In this document: positions 9,331 to 18,859 of the stretch, in pieces
How the letters are laid out: each line of letters starts with the position of its first letter
Numbering within the stretch: the stretch's first letter is position 1
Source of the DNA: Clostridia bacterium
GTDB taxonomy: Bacteria > Bacillota > Clostridia > UBA1381 > UMGS1253
Assembly (NCBI GenBank): GCA_045636325.1
Contig: JAZTXH010000016.1
Span: 12,034 to 76,033, forward strand
Direction of reading: 5' to 3'
Length of the DNA: 64,000 bases
The notes under the pieces: generated by a model
Seen by the model: only the letters and a program-made list of their open reading frames with translations
Databases searched by the model: none
What the model was told of the DNA's origin: nothing
Program-made: the position numbers and the translations under genes

Positions 9331-11391
9331 TTAATCGTCTTTCTTCTTAGCGGCAGCCTCAGCAATTACCTTCTCGCAGACATTGGCCGATGCTTCTTCG
9401 TAACGCACGAACTCAAAGTTAAAACTGCCCCTTCCCTGAGACATAGACCTTAAGTCTGTAGCGTATTTATACATTTCTGCAACAGGAACTTCGGCATCAA
9501 CAGTTCCTGTTCCCATACCTAAAATTCTTCCTCGTCTCTTATTTATATCACCAATAACATCACCCATAAGAGTTTCGGGAACTGTTACCTGCAGATAGCC
9601 GATAGGCTCAAGCAATACTGGCTTTGCCTGAGTAAGCCCCGCCTTAAATGCAATTGATGCGGCTACTTTAAATGCCATTTCAGATGAGTCGACCGGATGG
9701 TATGAACCATCAAGCAATGTAGCCTTAAGACCTACAACCGGATAACCTGCCAAAACACCGTTTTCCATACAGTCCCGAAGCCCCTTTTCAACTGCGGGGA
9801 AATAGTTTTTCGGAACACTTCCGCCAAATACGCTTTCACAAAATTCCAAACCTTCACCATCTGACGGCTCAAATTCAATAACAACATGACCGTACTGACC
9901 GTGACCGCCAGACTGCTTCTTGTGCTTACCTTCAACCTTTGCCTTACCGCGTATTGTTTCACGATAAGCAACTATCGGCTCTTCAAGTTTAACACTTACG
10001 CAGTATTTCGTCTTGAGCTTGCTTACTATAATATCAATATGCTGTTCGCCTTGACCTGAAATAATAAGCTGATGGGTTTCTGTATTGTTTTCCACTGAGA
10101 ATGTGGGGTCTTCGTCTCTTAGCTTTGCAAGACCTGAACTTATCTTTTCTTCATCGCCCTTTGTAACAGGAAGAATTGCAAAAGAAATAACGGGCTTGGG
10201 ATAATCTACTCTTTCCAAAACTATATCACTGCCAACAGAGCAAAGTGTATCACCTGTAGCTGTAACTGCAAGTTTTGTTGTAGCGCCGATATCACCTGCA
10301 CAAATTTCATCTGTCTCAATCTGCTTCTTACCTTTTATAATATAAAGCTTACCTATTTTTTCATCCTTCATTTTTGAAGAATTATAAACTATGGAATCAC
10401 TCTTTACCTTACCAGAGAAAACTCTGAATATTGAAAGCTTTCCAACATAGGGATCAGAAACGGTCTTGAAGACAAGTGCCGCTAAAGGGCCGTTATCGTC
10501 AACCTTTAATACAACTTCATCACCCTTACTGTTATGAGTTGTCATATCTTCTCTTATTGTAGGTGGCTCCATATATTTAACAACAGCGTTAAGGTATGTT
10601 TCTATTCCGGCACCGCAGGAAAGCTCGCCTGCAAACACCGGAATAATAACACTGTCGTGAATACCCTGTTTAATACCCTTTTCAATTTCTTCTTTTGTAA
10701 AAGGCTCGCCTGTAAAATATTTTTCTAAAAGTTCTTCTGATGTTTCAGCAATCTGCTCAAAAAGCTGTTCTCTTACTGATACAACAGTATCCTTTAAATT
10801 TTCAGGAACGGGTGCGCTTGTGCATTTGAAATTGTCATACATATATGCAACTTCATCAACTATATCAACCATACCAAGAGTTTTTTCATTTTCAATAATA
10901 GGATATGAAAACGGAATAACAGCCATGCCGAAACGGCTCTTTAGCTGTTCTAAAACGCCCAAATAGTCAGAACGTTCATTTTCAAGTTTTGTTACAAACA
11001 TTGTTATAGGAAGCTTTTTTGAAACTGCATAACGAAATGCGTTTTCTGTTCCTACTCCAACACCTGATTTACCGCTGACAAGAATAGTAACATTATCCGC
11101 CCCGCAAAGACCCTCGCGCATACCGCCCACAAAGTCAAAAAAACCGGGAGTATCTATAACATTAATTTTACAACCTTTCCATTCAACTGGTGCTACTGCG
11201 GTTGAAATAGAAAAATTTCTCTTTGTTTCTTCCGGATCATAGTCTGTAGTTGTTGTTCCCTCAGCTACACTCCCCATTCGATCAATTGCGCCACTATGAT
11301 ACAGCATAGCCTCACATAATGTGGTCTTACCTGCTCTGCCATGTCCCGCAAGACAAAGGTTGCGTAGCTTATCTGCTGTGAATTTACTCAT
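9331..11391 (-). CDS. Elongation factor G paralogue (translational GTPase)
   Basis: 686 aa with 'AGHGRAGKTTL', 'DTPGFFDF' and EF-G domain IV/V-like sequence. It lies outside an rpsL-rpsG-fusA-tuf context. Confidence 0.85.
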   Translation of the reverse strand: MSKFTADKLRNLCLAGHGRAGKTTLCEAMLYHSGAIDRMGSVAEGTTTTDYDPEETKRNFSISTAVAPVEWKGCKINVIDTPGFFDFVGGMREGLCGADNVTILVSGKSGVGVGTENAFRYAVSKKLPITMFVTKLENERSDYLGVLEQLKSRFGMAVIPFSYPIIENEKTLGMVDIVDEVAYMYDNFKCTSAPVPENLKDTVVSVREQLFEQIAETSEELLEKYFTGEPFTKEEIEKGIKQGIHDSVIIPVFAGELSCGAGIETYLNAVVKYMEPPTIREDMTTHNSKGDEVVLKVDDNGPLAALVFKTVSDPYVGKLSIFRVFSGKVKSDSIVYNSSKMKDEKIGKLYIIKGKKQIETDEICAGDIGATTKLAVTATGDTLCSVGSDIVLERVDYPKPVISFAILPVTKGDEEKISSGLAKLRDEDPTFSVENNTETHQLIISGQGEQHIDIIVSKLKTKYCVSVKLEEPIVAYRETIRGKAKVEGKHKKQSGGHGQYGHVVIEFEPSDGEGLEFCESVFGGSVPKNYFPAVEKGLRDCMENGVLAGYPVVGLKATLLDGSYHPVDSSEMAFKVAASIAFKAGLTQAKPVLLEPIGYLQVTVPETLMGDVIGDINKRRGRILGMGTGTVDAEVPVAEMYKYATDLRSMSQGRGSFNFEFVRYEEASANVCEKVIAEAAAKKKDD

Positions 11392-11601
11392 GATGAATAC
11401 CTCCCATATGCTTTATTTTAATCCGTATAAACGAATAACAAGCGTTATAATAACACTGACTTTTATGATATTCTGCAAATACCCTTTGTTTTCCTACCTA
11501 AATTTTTAACAATATTATGCATTTTTTTTATGCAATATTGCTAATTTTTTAACTTTTATATTTTGTGTTGACGTGCAAAATGAATTTAAACCCTTGCACT
11601 A

Positions 11602-11631
11602 TTGATTTTTGCGTGCATTTTATTGTATAAT
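11602..11631 (+). promoter_or_regulatory. Sigma-A-type promoter of the metF operon
   Basis: TTGATT, 18-nt spacer, TATAAT. The spacer ('GTGCATTTT') resembles the promoter upstream of the long element at 32503-32531. Confidence 0.5.
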
Positions 11632-11655
11632 AACATTAAAATAGTTTTTATTTTT

Positions 11656-11698
11656 AGCCTGACAGAAGTTATTAGATTCGTATAGCTTATCTCAGGCT
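11656..11698 (+). repeat. Miniature copy (A) of the CTGACAG/CTGTCAG hairpin family, in the metF leader
   Basis: AGCCTGACAGAAG...GATTCGTATAGCTTATCTCAGGCT. The right half is near-identical to the terminal arm of the long copy at 32461-32485. Confidence 0.6.
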
Positions 11699-11722
11699 AA
11701 CCGAATGAAAGGGCTGTATAAA

Positions 11723-12580
11723 ATGAAAATAAGCGAACTTTTTAAAGACAAGAAGCAAACCTTATCCTTTGAAGTTTTTCCGCCGAAAACAAGCGAAACA
11801 TTTGATACAATAAGCGATGCAATTTCCAAAATAGCATCCATTAAACCGGATTATATGAGTGTTACATATGGTGCCGGCGGAACAAATAGCGGTTTTGCAA
11901 AGCAGATTGCCGCAATGATAGCAGATTATAGTGTTATATCTCTGTCTCATTTGACCTGTATTGGAACAACTAAAGATTATATAAAAAATCATTTATCTGA
12001 ATTAAAGGCGTTGGGCGTTGATAATATTCTTGCCCTTCGAGGGGACTTGCCCGACGGTAATAAAAATGCGGTGGGTGCCTTTAAACACGCAAACGAACTT
12101 ACCGAGTATATAAAATCCGTGGGTGATTTTTGCGTAGGCGGTGCATGCTATCCCGAGATGCATCCCGAATCAGAAAATATGAAAACAGATATTGAGAACT
12201 TAAAGAGAAAAGTTGATGCAGGCTGTGATTTTCTTGTTACGCAAATGTTTTTTGATAATAATATATTTTATAAATACCTATTTAAAATCCGTGAATTGGG
12301 AATAACCGTTCCCGTTGTTCCGGGAATAATGCCTATTACAAATGCAAATCAGATAAAGCGAACCTGTGCTCTTTCAGGAACAAGACCTCCCTCAAAATTT
12401 ATGGCAATTCTTGATAAATTCGGTGATAATGAAAAGGCGATGCGTCAAGCAGGAATTGCATATGCAACAGAGCAGATTATAGACCTTTTAGCAAATGGTA
12501 TCGGGCATATACATGTTTATTCCATGAATAAACCCTTTGTGGCAGAAAATATACAGAATAATCTTTCAGATATTATTTAA
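11723..12580 (+). CDS. metF: Methylenetetrahydrofolate reductase
   Basis: 'LSFEVFPPKT' and 'GVDNILALRGD'. I chose the MKISELF start; an alternative in-frame ATG lies at 11705. Confidence 0.9.
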   Translation: MKISELFKDKKQTLSFEVFPPKTSETFDTISDAISKIASIKPDYMSVTYGAGGTNSGFAKQIAAMIADYSVISLSHLTCIGTTKDYIKNHLSELKALGVDNILALRGDLPDGNKNAVGAFKHANELTEYIKSVGDFCVGGACYPEMHPESENMKTDIENLKRKVDAGCDFLVTQMFFDNNIFYKYLFKIRELGITVPVVPGIMPITNANQIKRTCALSGTRPPSKFMAILDKFGDNEKAMRQAGIAYATEQIIDLLANGIGHIHVYSMNKPFVAENIQNNLSDII

Positions 12581-12594
12581 AGAGGCTGATAATC

Positions 12595-13266
12595 TTGTTT
12601 TGCAAAGCTTATAGTAAAAACGAAATAAAAATAGATAAAGCCGAAATGCTTCGGTATGCATGTTCAAAAAATGCAGATACCGATGATTTGTATTCTTCGG
12701 TTTTTGACGATGCAGTAAAAGCGGCAATAAATTTAGCCGAGCCTAAAGTTATTTATGAATTTTTCCCCATAAGCGTAAGAAATGACACAGTCAATTTTCC
12801 TGACTTTAGTGTAAAAAGCAAAAACCTTTCAAAAAATATGCACGCATCAGATATGGGAATAATTTTTGCCGCAACTTTAGGCATCAAATCAGAAAGAGAA
12901 CTTATAAAAAGAAAAACGGACAGCACATCTTTAGTTTTCATTAATGCTGCGTTTACGGCAATTTTAGAAGATATTATAAACCGTACATTTTTGGAGCTGA
13001 GAGAAATGCTTGCGAAAGAAAACAGATTTTTGCGCCCCCGTTTCAGCCCTGGTTACGGAGATTTTGAGCTCTTATTTCAAAAAGATATTTTCCGCGCACT
13101 TGACCTTGAGCGCAGAATGGGTATGGCCCTTACCGAAAATCTTTTTATGATACCGTCAAAATCCGTTACGGCAGTTTGTGCTGTGTCGAAAACAAACCAG
13201 ATGTGTCAGCTTTCGGGCTGCGAAGCATGCAACAAGAAAAATTCATGTCAGTTTTGCAGAATATAA
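12595..13266 (+). CDS. Stand-alone methionine synthase activation (AdoMet-binding, Met_synt_B12-like) domain protein
   Basis: 'RPRFSPGYGDFEL' signature and a Cys-rich C-terminus. TTG start 8 nt after AAGAGG. Confidence 0.7.
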   Translation: MFCKAYSKNEIKIDKAEMLRYACSKNADTDDLYSSVFDDAVKAAINLAEPKVIYEFFPISVRNDTVNFPDFSVKSKNLSKNMHASDMGIIFAATLGIKSERELIKRKTDSTSLVFINAAFTAILEDIINRTFLELREMLAKENRFLRPRFSPGYGDFELLFQKDIFRALDLERRMGMALTENLFMIPSKSVTAVCAVSKTNQMCQLSGCEACNKKNSCQFCRI

Positions 13267-13306
13267 AACTTATAGAAAGAAACAAAAAAGAAAGAAAGTG
13301 ATTAAT

Positions 13307-15703
13307 ATGACTGTTCTTGAAAAAATCCTGTCAGGACTTGTGTTTATTGATGGCGCTATGGGAAGCCTTTTACAGAAAGGAAATTTTTTAAAGCCCGGCG
13401 AATTTGCAGAAAATTTAAATATCACAAATCCTGATACAATAAAAGATATACACCTTTCATATCTTCAAAGCGGTGCGGATATAATCTTAACAAATACATT
13501 TGGAGCAAATCCGATAAAATTTGAAAATTACGAAGAAATTATTATAAATGCCGTAAAAATTGCAAAAACGTCTATATCGGATTATGGCAAAGAAGATAAG
13601 TATGTTGCTCTTGACATCGGACCTACGGGTAAGCTTTTAAAGCCTTTGGGTGATTTGGACTTTGAAGATGCGGTAGATGTTTTTAAAAAGGCAATAAAGG
13701 TTGGCGTTGATGCAGGAGTTGACCTTATTATGCTTGAAACCTTAAATGACAGTTATGAAACAAAGGCGGCTGTGTTAGCGGCAAAGGAAGCCTGCGACAT
13801 TCCGATTTTTGTTTCTAATGTGTATGATGCGAGTGGGAAGCTTATGACCGGTGCAGATGCTCTAGCAATGGTTTCCATGCTTGAGGGGCTTGGCGTTGAT
13901 GCAATCGGTATGAACTGCAGTCTTGGCCCGGTGCAGATGAAAGGCCTTGTAAGCGAAATTTATAAATGTGCATCAGTTCCTGTAATAGTAAGTCCCAATG
14001 CGGGACTTCCCCGTTTTGAAAACGGACAAACTGTGTACGACATTTCCGCCGAAGAATTTGCAGAGCATATGAAAGATATTGTAAATTCAGGCGCACGTAT
14101 TATCGGAGGCTGTTGCGGAACGACACCCGAATATATAAAATGCACATATGATGCAGTTAAAACTATACCACCAAAAAAAATTGAAAAGAAAAACAATGTA
14201 TGCATTTCTTCTTATACCCATGCGGTTTTATTTAAAGATACTCCCATTATAATAGGAGAGCGTATAAACCCGACCGGTAAGGCGCGCTTTAAGCAGGCAC
14301 TCAGAGAAAATGATATTGACTATATTTTAAATGAAGGTATAACTCAGGCGGACCGCGGAGCGCATGTGCTGGATGTTAATGTGGGATTGCCTGAAATATA
14401 CGAAAAAGAAGTGTTGAAAAAAGTTGTTTATGAGCTTCAGACAGTAACTGACCTGCCACTGCAGATTGATACCTCCGATTTTGATGCAATGGAGGCAGCA
14501 ATGCGAATTTATAACGGCAAACCACTTGTAAATTCTGTAAACGGCAAGCAGGAAAGCATGGACAAAATCTTTCCCCTTGTTAAGAAATACGGCGGATGCG
14601 TTATAGCTCTTACATTGGATGAAAACGGAATTCCCGAAACTGCCGAGGGCAGGTTTGAAATAGCGAAAAAAATTATTGCCCGCGCCGCTGATTACGGAAT
14701 TGATAAAAATAATATTATTGTGGACCCTCTTGCACTTACAATCAGTGCAGATAAAACATCTGCTGTAACAACACTTCGCGCAATACATGATATAACAAAT
14801 ATTTTAGGTGTTAAAACGAGCCTTGGTGTTTCAAATGTTTCGTTTGGCTTACCAAACCGCCCGCTGATAAATTCAGCTTTCTTTACAATGGCATTGTATA
14901 ACGGACTTTCGTGTGCAATAATAAATCCATCATCAGTTGAAATGATGTCAGCTTATTACAGCTTTACGGCTCTTTCAGGACTTGATGATAAATGCGAAAA
15001 ATATATAGATTTTGCATCAAATATCACATCTGAGGTAAAGCTTAGTCTGTCTGGTGACACAAAAGACGAGAGCTTGCGAGAGAGCTCTCTTTCATATGCT
15101 ATAATAAAGGGAATGAAGGAAATGGCGGCTCAGTGTGCAAAAGAGCTTTTGCAATCCACCTCTACTCTTGAAATAATAGACAATCACATTATTTATGCAT
15201 TAAATATTATGGGTGAAGGCTTTGAAAAAAACACAGTTTATCTTCCTCAACTTTTAATGAGTGCCGAAGCTGCAAAATGTGCATTTGAAGTGATAAAGCA
15301 AGCAATGCCCTCAGATGGTAAAAAGGACGCCGATGCATTTTGCATTGTTATAGCCACCGTTAAAGGCGATATTCACGATATAGGGAAAAATATAGTAAAG
15401 GCTTTGCTTGAAAACTTCGGTTTTAAGGTGATTGATTTGGGTAAGGATGTTGCCCCTGAAAAGGTAGTAGAGGCGGCAAAGAAATATAAAGCGCCCCTTG
15501 TGGGCTTGAGCGCACTTATGACCACAACTGTGCCCGCAATGGAAGAAACCATAAAACAGCTAAAACAAGAGTGCCCGTGGTGCAAAACAGTGGTCGGAGG
15601 AGCAGTGCTTACCCGCGACTATGCAAATTTAATACATGCTGACCGTTACGCAAAGGATGCTATGGAAACTGTGCGTTATGCAGAAGAATTAAAAAACAAA
15701 TAA
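13307..15703 (+). CDS. metH: Cobalamin-dependent methionine synthase lacking the activation domain (Hcy-binding, pterin-binding, B12-binding)
   Basis: 'GGCCGTTPEYI', the pterin-binding region, and the 'GDIHDIGKN' DxHxxG B12 motif. Start placed at MTVLEK. Confidence 0.9.
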   Translation: MTVLEKILSGLVFIDGAMGSLLQKGNFLKPGEFAENLNITNPDTIKDIHLSYLQSGADIILTNTFGANPIKFENYEEIIINAVKIAKTSISDYGKEDKYVALDIGPTGKLLKPLGDLDFEDAVDVFKKAIKVGVDAGVDLIMLETLNDSYETKAAVLAAKEACDIPIFVSNVYDASGKLMTGADALAMVSMLEGLGVDAIGMNCSLGPVQMKGLVSEIYKCASVPVIVSPNAGLPRFENGQTVYDISAEEFAEHMKDIVNSGARIIGGCCGTTPEYIKCTYDAVKTIPPKKIEKKNNVCISSYTHAVLFKDTPIIIGERINPTGKARFKQALRENDIDYILNEGITQADRGAHVLDVNVGLPEIYEKEVLKKVVYELQTVTDLPLQIDTSDFDAMEAAMRIYNGKPLVNSVNGKQESMDKIFPLVKKYGGCVIALTLDENGIPETAEGRFEIAKKIIARAADYGIDKNNIIVDPLALTISADKTSAVTTLRAIHDITNILGVKTSLGVSNVSFGLPNRPLINSAFFTMALYNGLSCAIINPSSVEMMSAYYSFTALSGLDDKCEKYIDFASNITSEVKLSLSGDTKDESLRESSLSYAIIKGMKEMAAQCAKELLQSTSTLEIIDNHIIYALNIMGEGFEKNTVYLPQLLMSAEAAKCAFEVIKQAMPSDGKKDADAFCIVIATVKGDIHDIGKNIVKALLENFGFKVIDLGKDVAPEKVVEAAKKYKAPLVGLSALMTTTVPAMEETIKQLKQECPWCKTVVGGAVLTRDYANLIHADRYAKDAMETVRYAEELKNK

Positions 15704-15914
15704 GAGTATTTATATAAAAGCTACAAAACCCCTCTTTTAAGTCGGTTGCTTATTGTCGCTTTTGCATCGCTTTTGCAACTTTTTTCCGGTAAGTTATATT
15801 GACAGCTTTACATTATTGTAAAATTAATTGCGAAAAAAACATAAACGTGATACAATTAGCGGACAAGGCATTATTTTATATTTTTTAATATTGTTTTATA
15901 AGGAGAGACCTTTT

Positions 15915-17288
15915 TTGAATATTATTATTGTTGGTTGCGGAAAGGTTGGTACAACTCTTGCAAAAGAGCTTGCCGCCGAAAAGCACAGTATAGTTTTAAT
16001 AGATACAGATGAAGAAAAGCTTGATGAGATTTCAAACTCACTTGATGTTATGTGCGTTGAAGGAAGGGGCGAATCAGTTGCGGTTTTAATTGAAGCAGGC
16101 GTTGAAACCTGTGACCTTTTAATTGCAATGATGCGCTCCGATGAACTAAATCTTTTAACCTGCCTTATAGCTAAAAAATTAGGCACAAAAAACACCATAG
16201 CCCGTGTGAGAAATCCCATATATGCTGACGCTATTAATCTTATTAAGGATGATTTGTGTCTCAGTATGCATATTAATCCCGAGCTTGCGGCGGCAAATGA
16301 AATTTCAAGACTGTTGCGTTTTCCATCTGCGATTCAGGTTGAAACTTTTGCTAAGGGCAAGGTGGAAATTATGAAATACAAAATTCCCGAAGGCTCTGTT
16401 TTAAATGAGCTTCGCGTTTATCAGCTGCATTCCAATTTAAAGCTGTCTGTTTTTATTTGTGCAGTTGAGCGCGGTAGTGACGTATTTGTTCCCGCCGGCG
16501 ACTTTGTATTAAAAGCAGGGGATATAATTTCTTTTGTGGCTCCAATCCGAGTTGCAAATGAATTTTTTGCCCGTATGGGAGCCTCTTTTTCTAAGATAAA
16601 AGATGTTGTTATTCTCGGGGGTGGCAGACTTACTTATTATCTTACAAGAAACCTTATTGAATCGGGAATTCATGTGAAAATAATTGAAATAGACAAGGCA
16701 CGTTGTGAAGAACTTTCAGAGCTTTTGCCCGAAGCAATTATTATTCATGGTGACGGTACGGATAACTATCTGCTTCACGAAGAGCATATTGATGATGCAG
16801 ATGCGGTACTCAGCCTCACCGGAGTTGACGAACAGAATGTATTAATGTCAATTTATGCATCACAACAGGTGCCAGAAGCAAAAATAGTTACTAAAATAAA
16901 GCATTTTGACTTTGACGATATTTTAAGGGGTATGCCTATCGGGAGTGTTGTTTATCCAAAGCACATTACTGCGGATTATATATTGCGTTATGTGCGTGTG
17001 ATGCAGAATTCATGGCATTCAAATATGGAATCACTTCACAGAATTGTTGATGACAGAGTTGAAGCACTGGAATTCAGAATCAGACAGCATACACCGCTTA
17101 ATGGTATACCATTTTCTAAATTAAATATTTCAAAAGGTACACTTGTCGCATGCATTACTCGTTACGGGGATACATTTACTCCCTGCGGTAATGATGCAAT
17201 TCAGCTGGGAGATACAGTTATTGTAGTAACAATACACAAGGGAATCAGCCGTCTTGAACAGATTTTAGACGACGGAACGGAGGAATAA
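15915..17288 (+). CDS. trkA: Trk potassium uptake system NAD-binding protein TrkA
   Basis: TTG start behind AAGGAGAG. 'IIIVGCGKVGTTLA' Rossmann fold and a duplicated RCK architecture. Confidence 0.88.
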   Translation: MNIIIVGCGKVGTTLAKELAAEKHSIVLIDTDEEKLDEISNSLDVMCVEGRGESVAVLIEAGVETCDLLIAMMRSDELNLLTCLIAKKLGTKNTIARVRNPIYADAINLIKDDLCLSMHINPELAAANEISRLLRFPSAIQVETFAKGKVEIMKYKIPEGSVLNELRVYQLHSNLKLSVFICAVERGSDVFVPAGDFVLKAGDIISFVAPIRVANEFFARMGASFSKIKDVVILGGGRLTYYLTRNLIESGIHVKIIEIDKARCEELSELLPEAIIIHGDGTDNYLLHEEHIDDADAVLSLTGVDEQNVLMSIYASQQVPEAKIVTKIKHFDFDDILRGMPIGSVVYPKHITADYILRYVRVMQNSWHSNMESLHRIVDDRVEALEFRIRQHTPLNGIPFSKLNISKGTLVACITRYGDTFTPCGNDAIQLGDTVIVVTIHKGISRLEQILDDGTEE

Positions 17289-18731
17289 ATGAACGGTAAG
17301 TTAGTAATAAAGCTTAATTGCTATATATTGCTGTTTAATGCTTGCGTAATGCTTCTCCCCTTATTGGTAGCTTTGATATATAAAGAAAAATCAGGCCTTG
17401 CTTTTTTGCCCGCGATTCTTATAGCTTTGGCAATTTCAGTTCCCGTTTTAATTTTTTTAAAACCAAAAAACAAAGATATTTATGCTAAAGAAGGGCTGAT
17501 TACCGTAGCACTTGCATGGATTATATTAAGCTTTGTAAGCGGATTGCCTTTCTTTTTTTCAAAGGAAATCCCAAATCTTATAGACTGTTTTTTTGAAACA
17601 GCTTCCGGATTTACAACCACCGGCGCCACAATTCTTACAAATGTTGAAGCCTTAAGCCGATGCATGCTTTTCTGGAGAAGTTTTACTCACTGGATTGGCG
17701 GTATGGGTGTTTTGATGTTTGTTATGGCTCTTGCTCCATTGGCAGGAAACCATAACATGCAGCTTATAAAGGCAGAATCAGCAGGCCCTAAAATTGAAAA
17801 GCTTATGCCTAAAGCAAATACAACTGCAAAGGTTTTATACGGAATGTATGTCGGACTTACGGCTTTGCAGATTATATTTTTGCTTATAGGAAAAATGCCG
17901 CTTTTTGATGCAATAACCACTGCCTTTGGAACAGCCGGCACTGGTGGCTTTGGAATAAAAAATGACAGTCTTGCATCATACAGCATATATATCCAGTCCG
18001 TTGTAACGGTGTTTATGATTTTGTTTTCCATAAATTTTAATATGTATTTTTTTCTTATATTCAGAAAATTTTCAAGCATTTGGAAAAATGAAGAGTTGCG
18101 CACATTTGTATGCATTGTTTTTGCATCAATTTTGCTTATAACACTAAACAATTTCAAATTGTTTTCCTCACTGGGCGGTGCAATTCATCACAATGCATTT
18201 ACGGTTGCCTCTGTTATATCTACCTCGGGCTTTGCGACGGTTGATTTTAATTTGTGGCCTGAATTTTCAAAAGCAATACTGTTTATTTTAATGTTTGTGG
18301 GTGCCTGCGCAGGGTCAACCGGCGGTGGAATGAAGGTTTCAAGATTTATAATACTTGCAAAGTCACTCAAAAAAGAATTTATGCTGCTTATTCATCCGCG
18401 GAGTGTAAAAACTATTAATCTGAACGGAAAAAAGTTGGAAAACGATGTTGTAAAAAGAGTAAATTCATATATGATATGCTATCTTTTAGTATTTGTGGCA
18501 TCTTTTATCATTATTTCACTTGATAAATTTAATTTTGAAACTAATGTCACAGCTATTGCCGCTACGCTTAATAACATCGGTCCCGGTTTTGCTTCTGTAG
18601 GACCTGTTGAAAATTTTTCAGGATTTTCATGGTTTTCAAAATTAGTGCTTTCTTTTGATATGATATGCGGAAGGCTTGAGATTTTCCCCATGATGATTTT
18701 ATTTTTGCCTACAACATGGCGTAAAATGTAA
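17289..18731 (+). CDS. trkH: Trk-type potassium transporter membrane subunit TrkH
   Basis: 480-aa polytopic protein with 'GFTTTGAT' and 'GTGGFG' selectivity-filter-like motifs. It directly abuts trkA. Confidence 0.9.
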   Translation: MNGKLVIKLNCYILLFNACVMLLPLLVALIYKEKSGLAFLPAILIALAISVPVLIFLKPKNKDIYAKEGLITVALAWIILSFVSGLPFFFSKEIPNLIDCFFETASGFTTTGATILTNVEALSRCMLFWRSFTHWIGGMGVLMFVMALAPLAGNHNMQLIKAESAGPKIEKLMPKANTTAKVLYGMYVGLTALQIIFLLIGKMPLFDAITTAFGTAGTGGFGIKNDSLASYSIYIQSVVTVFMILFSINFNMYFFLIFRKFSSIWKNEELRTFVCIVFASILLITLNNFKLFSSLGGAIHHNAFTVASVISTSGFATVDFNLWPEFSKAILFILMFVGACAGSTGGGMKVSRFIILAKSLKKEFMLLIHPRSVKTINLNGKKLENDVVKRVNSYMICYLLVFVASFIIISLDKFNFETNVTAIAATLNNIGPGFASVGPVENFSGFSWFSKLVLSFDMICGRLEIFPMMILFLPTTWRKM

Positions 18732-18751
18732 AATTGTATAATAAAAAAACA

Positions 18752-18796
18752 CTCCTGTGACAGAATAATATAAGCTGCTACAGGAGAATTTTTTTG
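18752..18796 (+). terminator. Terminator of trkAH
   Basis: CTCCTGT...ACAGGAG stem followed by a T7 run. Confidence 0.7.
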
Positions 18797-18822
18797 TATT
18801 TTTGGAGGAATATAAAATCCTC

Positions 18823-18851
18823 TTTACAAAAACAAAAAAGTGTGATATTAT
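18823..18851 (+). promoter_or_regulatory. Sigma-A-type promoter in front of the large noncoding tract
   Basis: TTTACA, 17-nt spacer, TATTAT, with TGn extended -10. Confidence 0.45.
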
Positions 18852-18859
18852 ATACAATA

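Noticed and set aside
11510-11722. SAM-I riboswitch or T-box leader in front of metF
   Set aside because: There is no SAM-I core (no GAGGGA...GCCC-type junction sequences) and no T-box 14-mer. The leader is only about 90 nt and is occupied by the repeat hairpin.
14327-14788. 153-aa minus-strand ORF inside metH, plus similar antisense ORFs at 17687-18157, 30143-30589, 26482-26850 and 41569-41925
   Set aside because: All lie antisense within strongly supported genes, have Cys/Phe/Ile-rich odd composition, and have no start context.
15704-15914. c-di-AMP (ydaO/kimA) riboswitch upstream of trkA, and likewise upstream of the NlpC/P60 gene at 46423-46806
   Set aside because: Both regions are extremely AT-rich with no pseudo-symmetric GC-rich helices and no conserved ydaO blocks that I can recognise.
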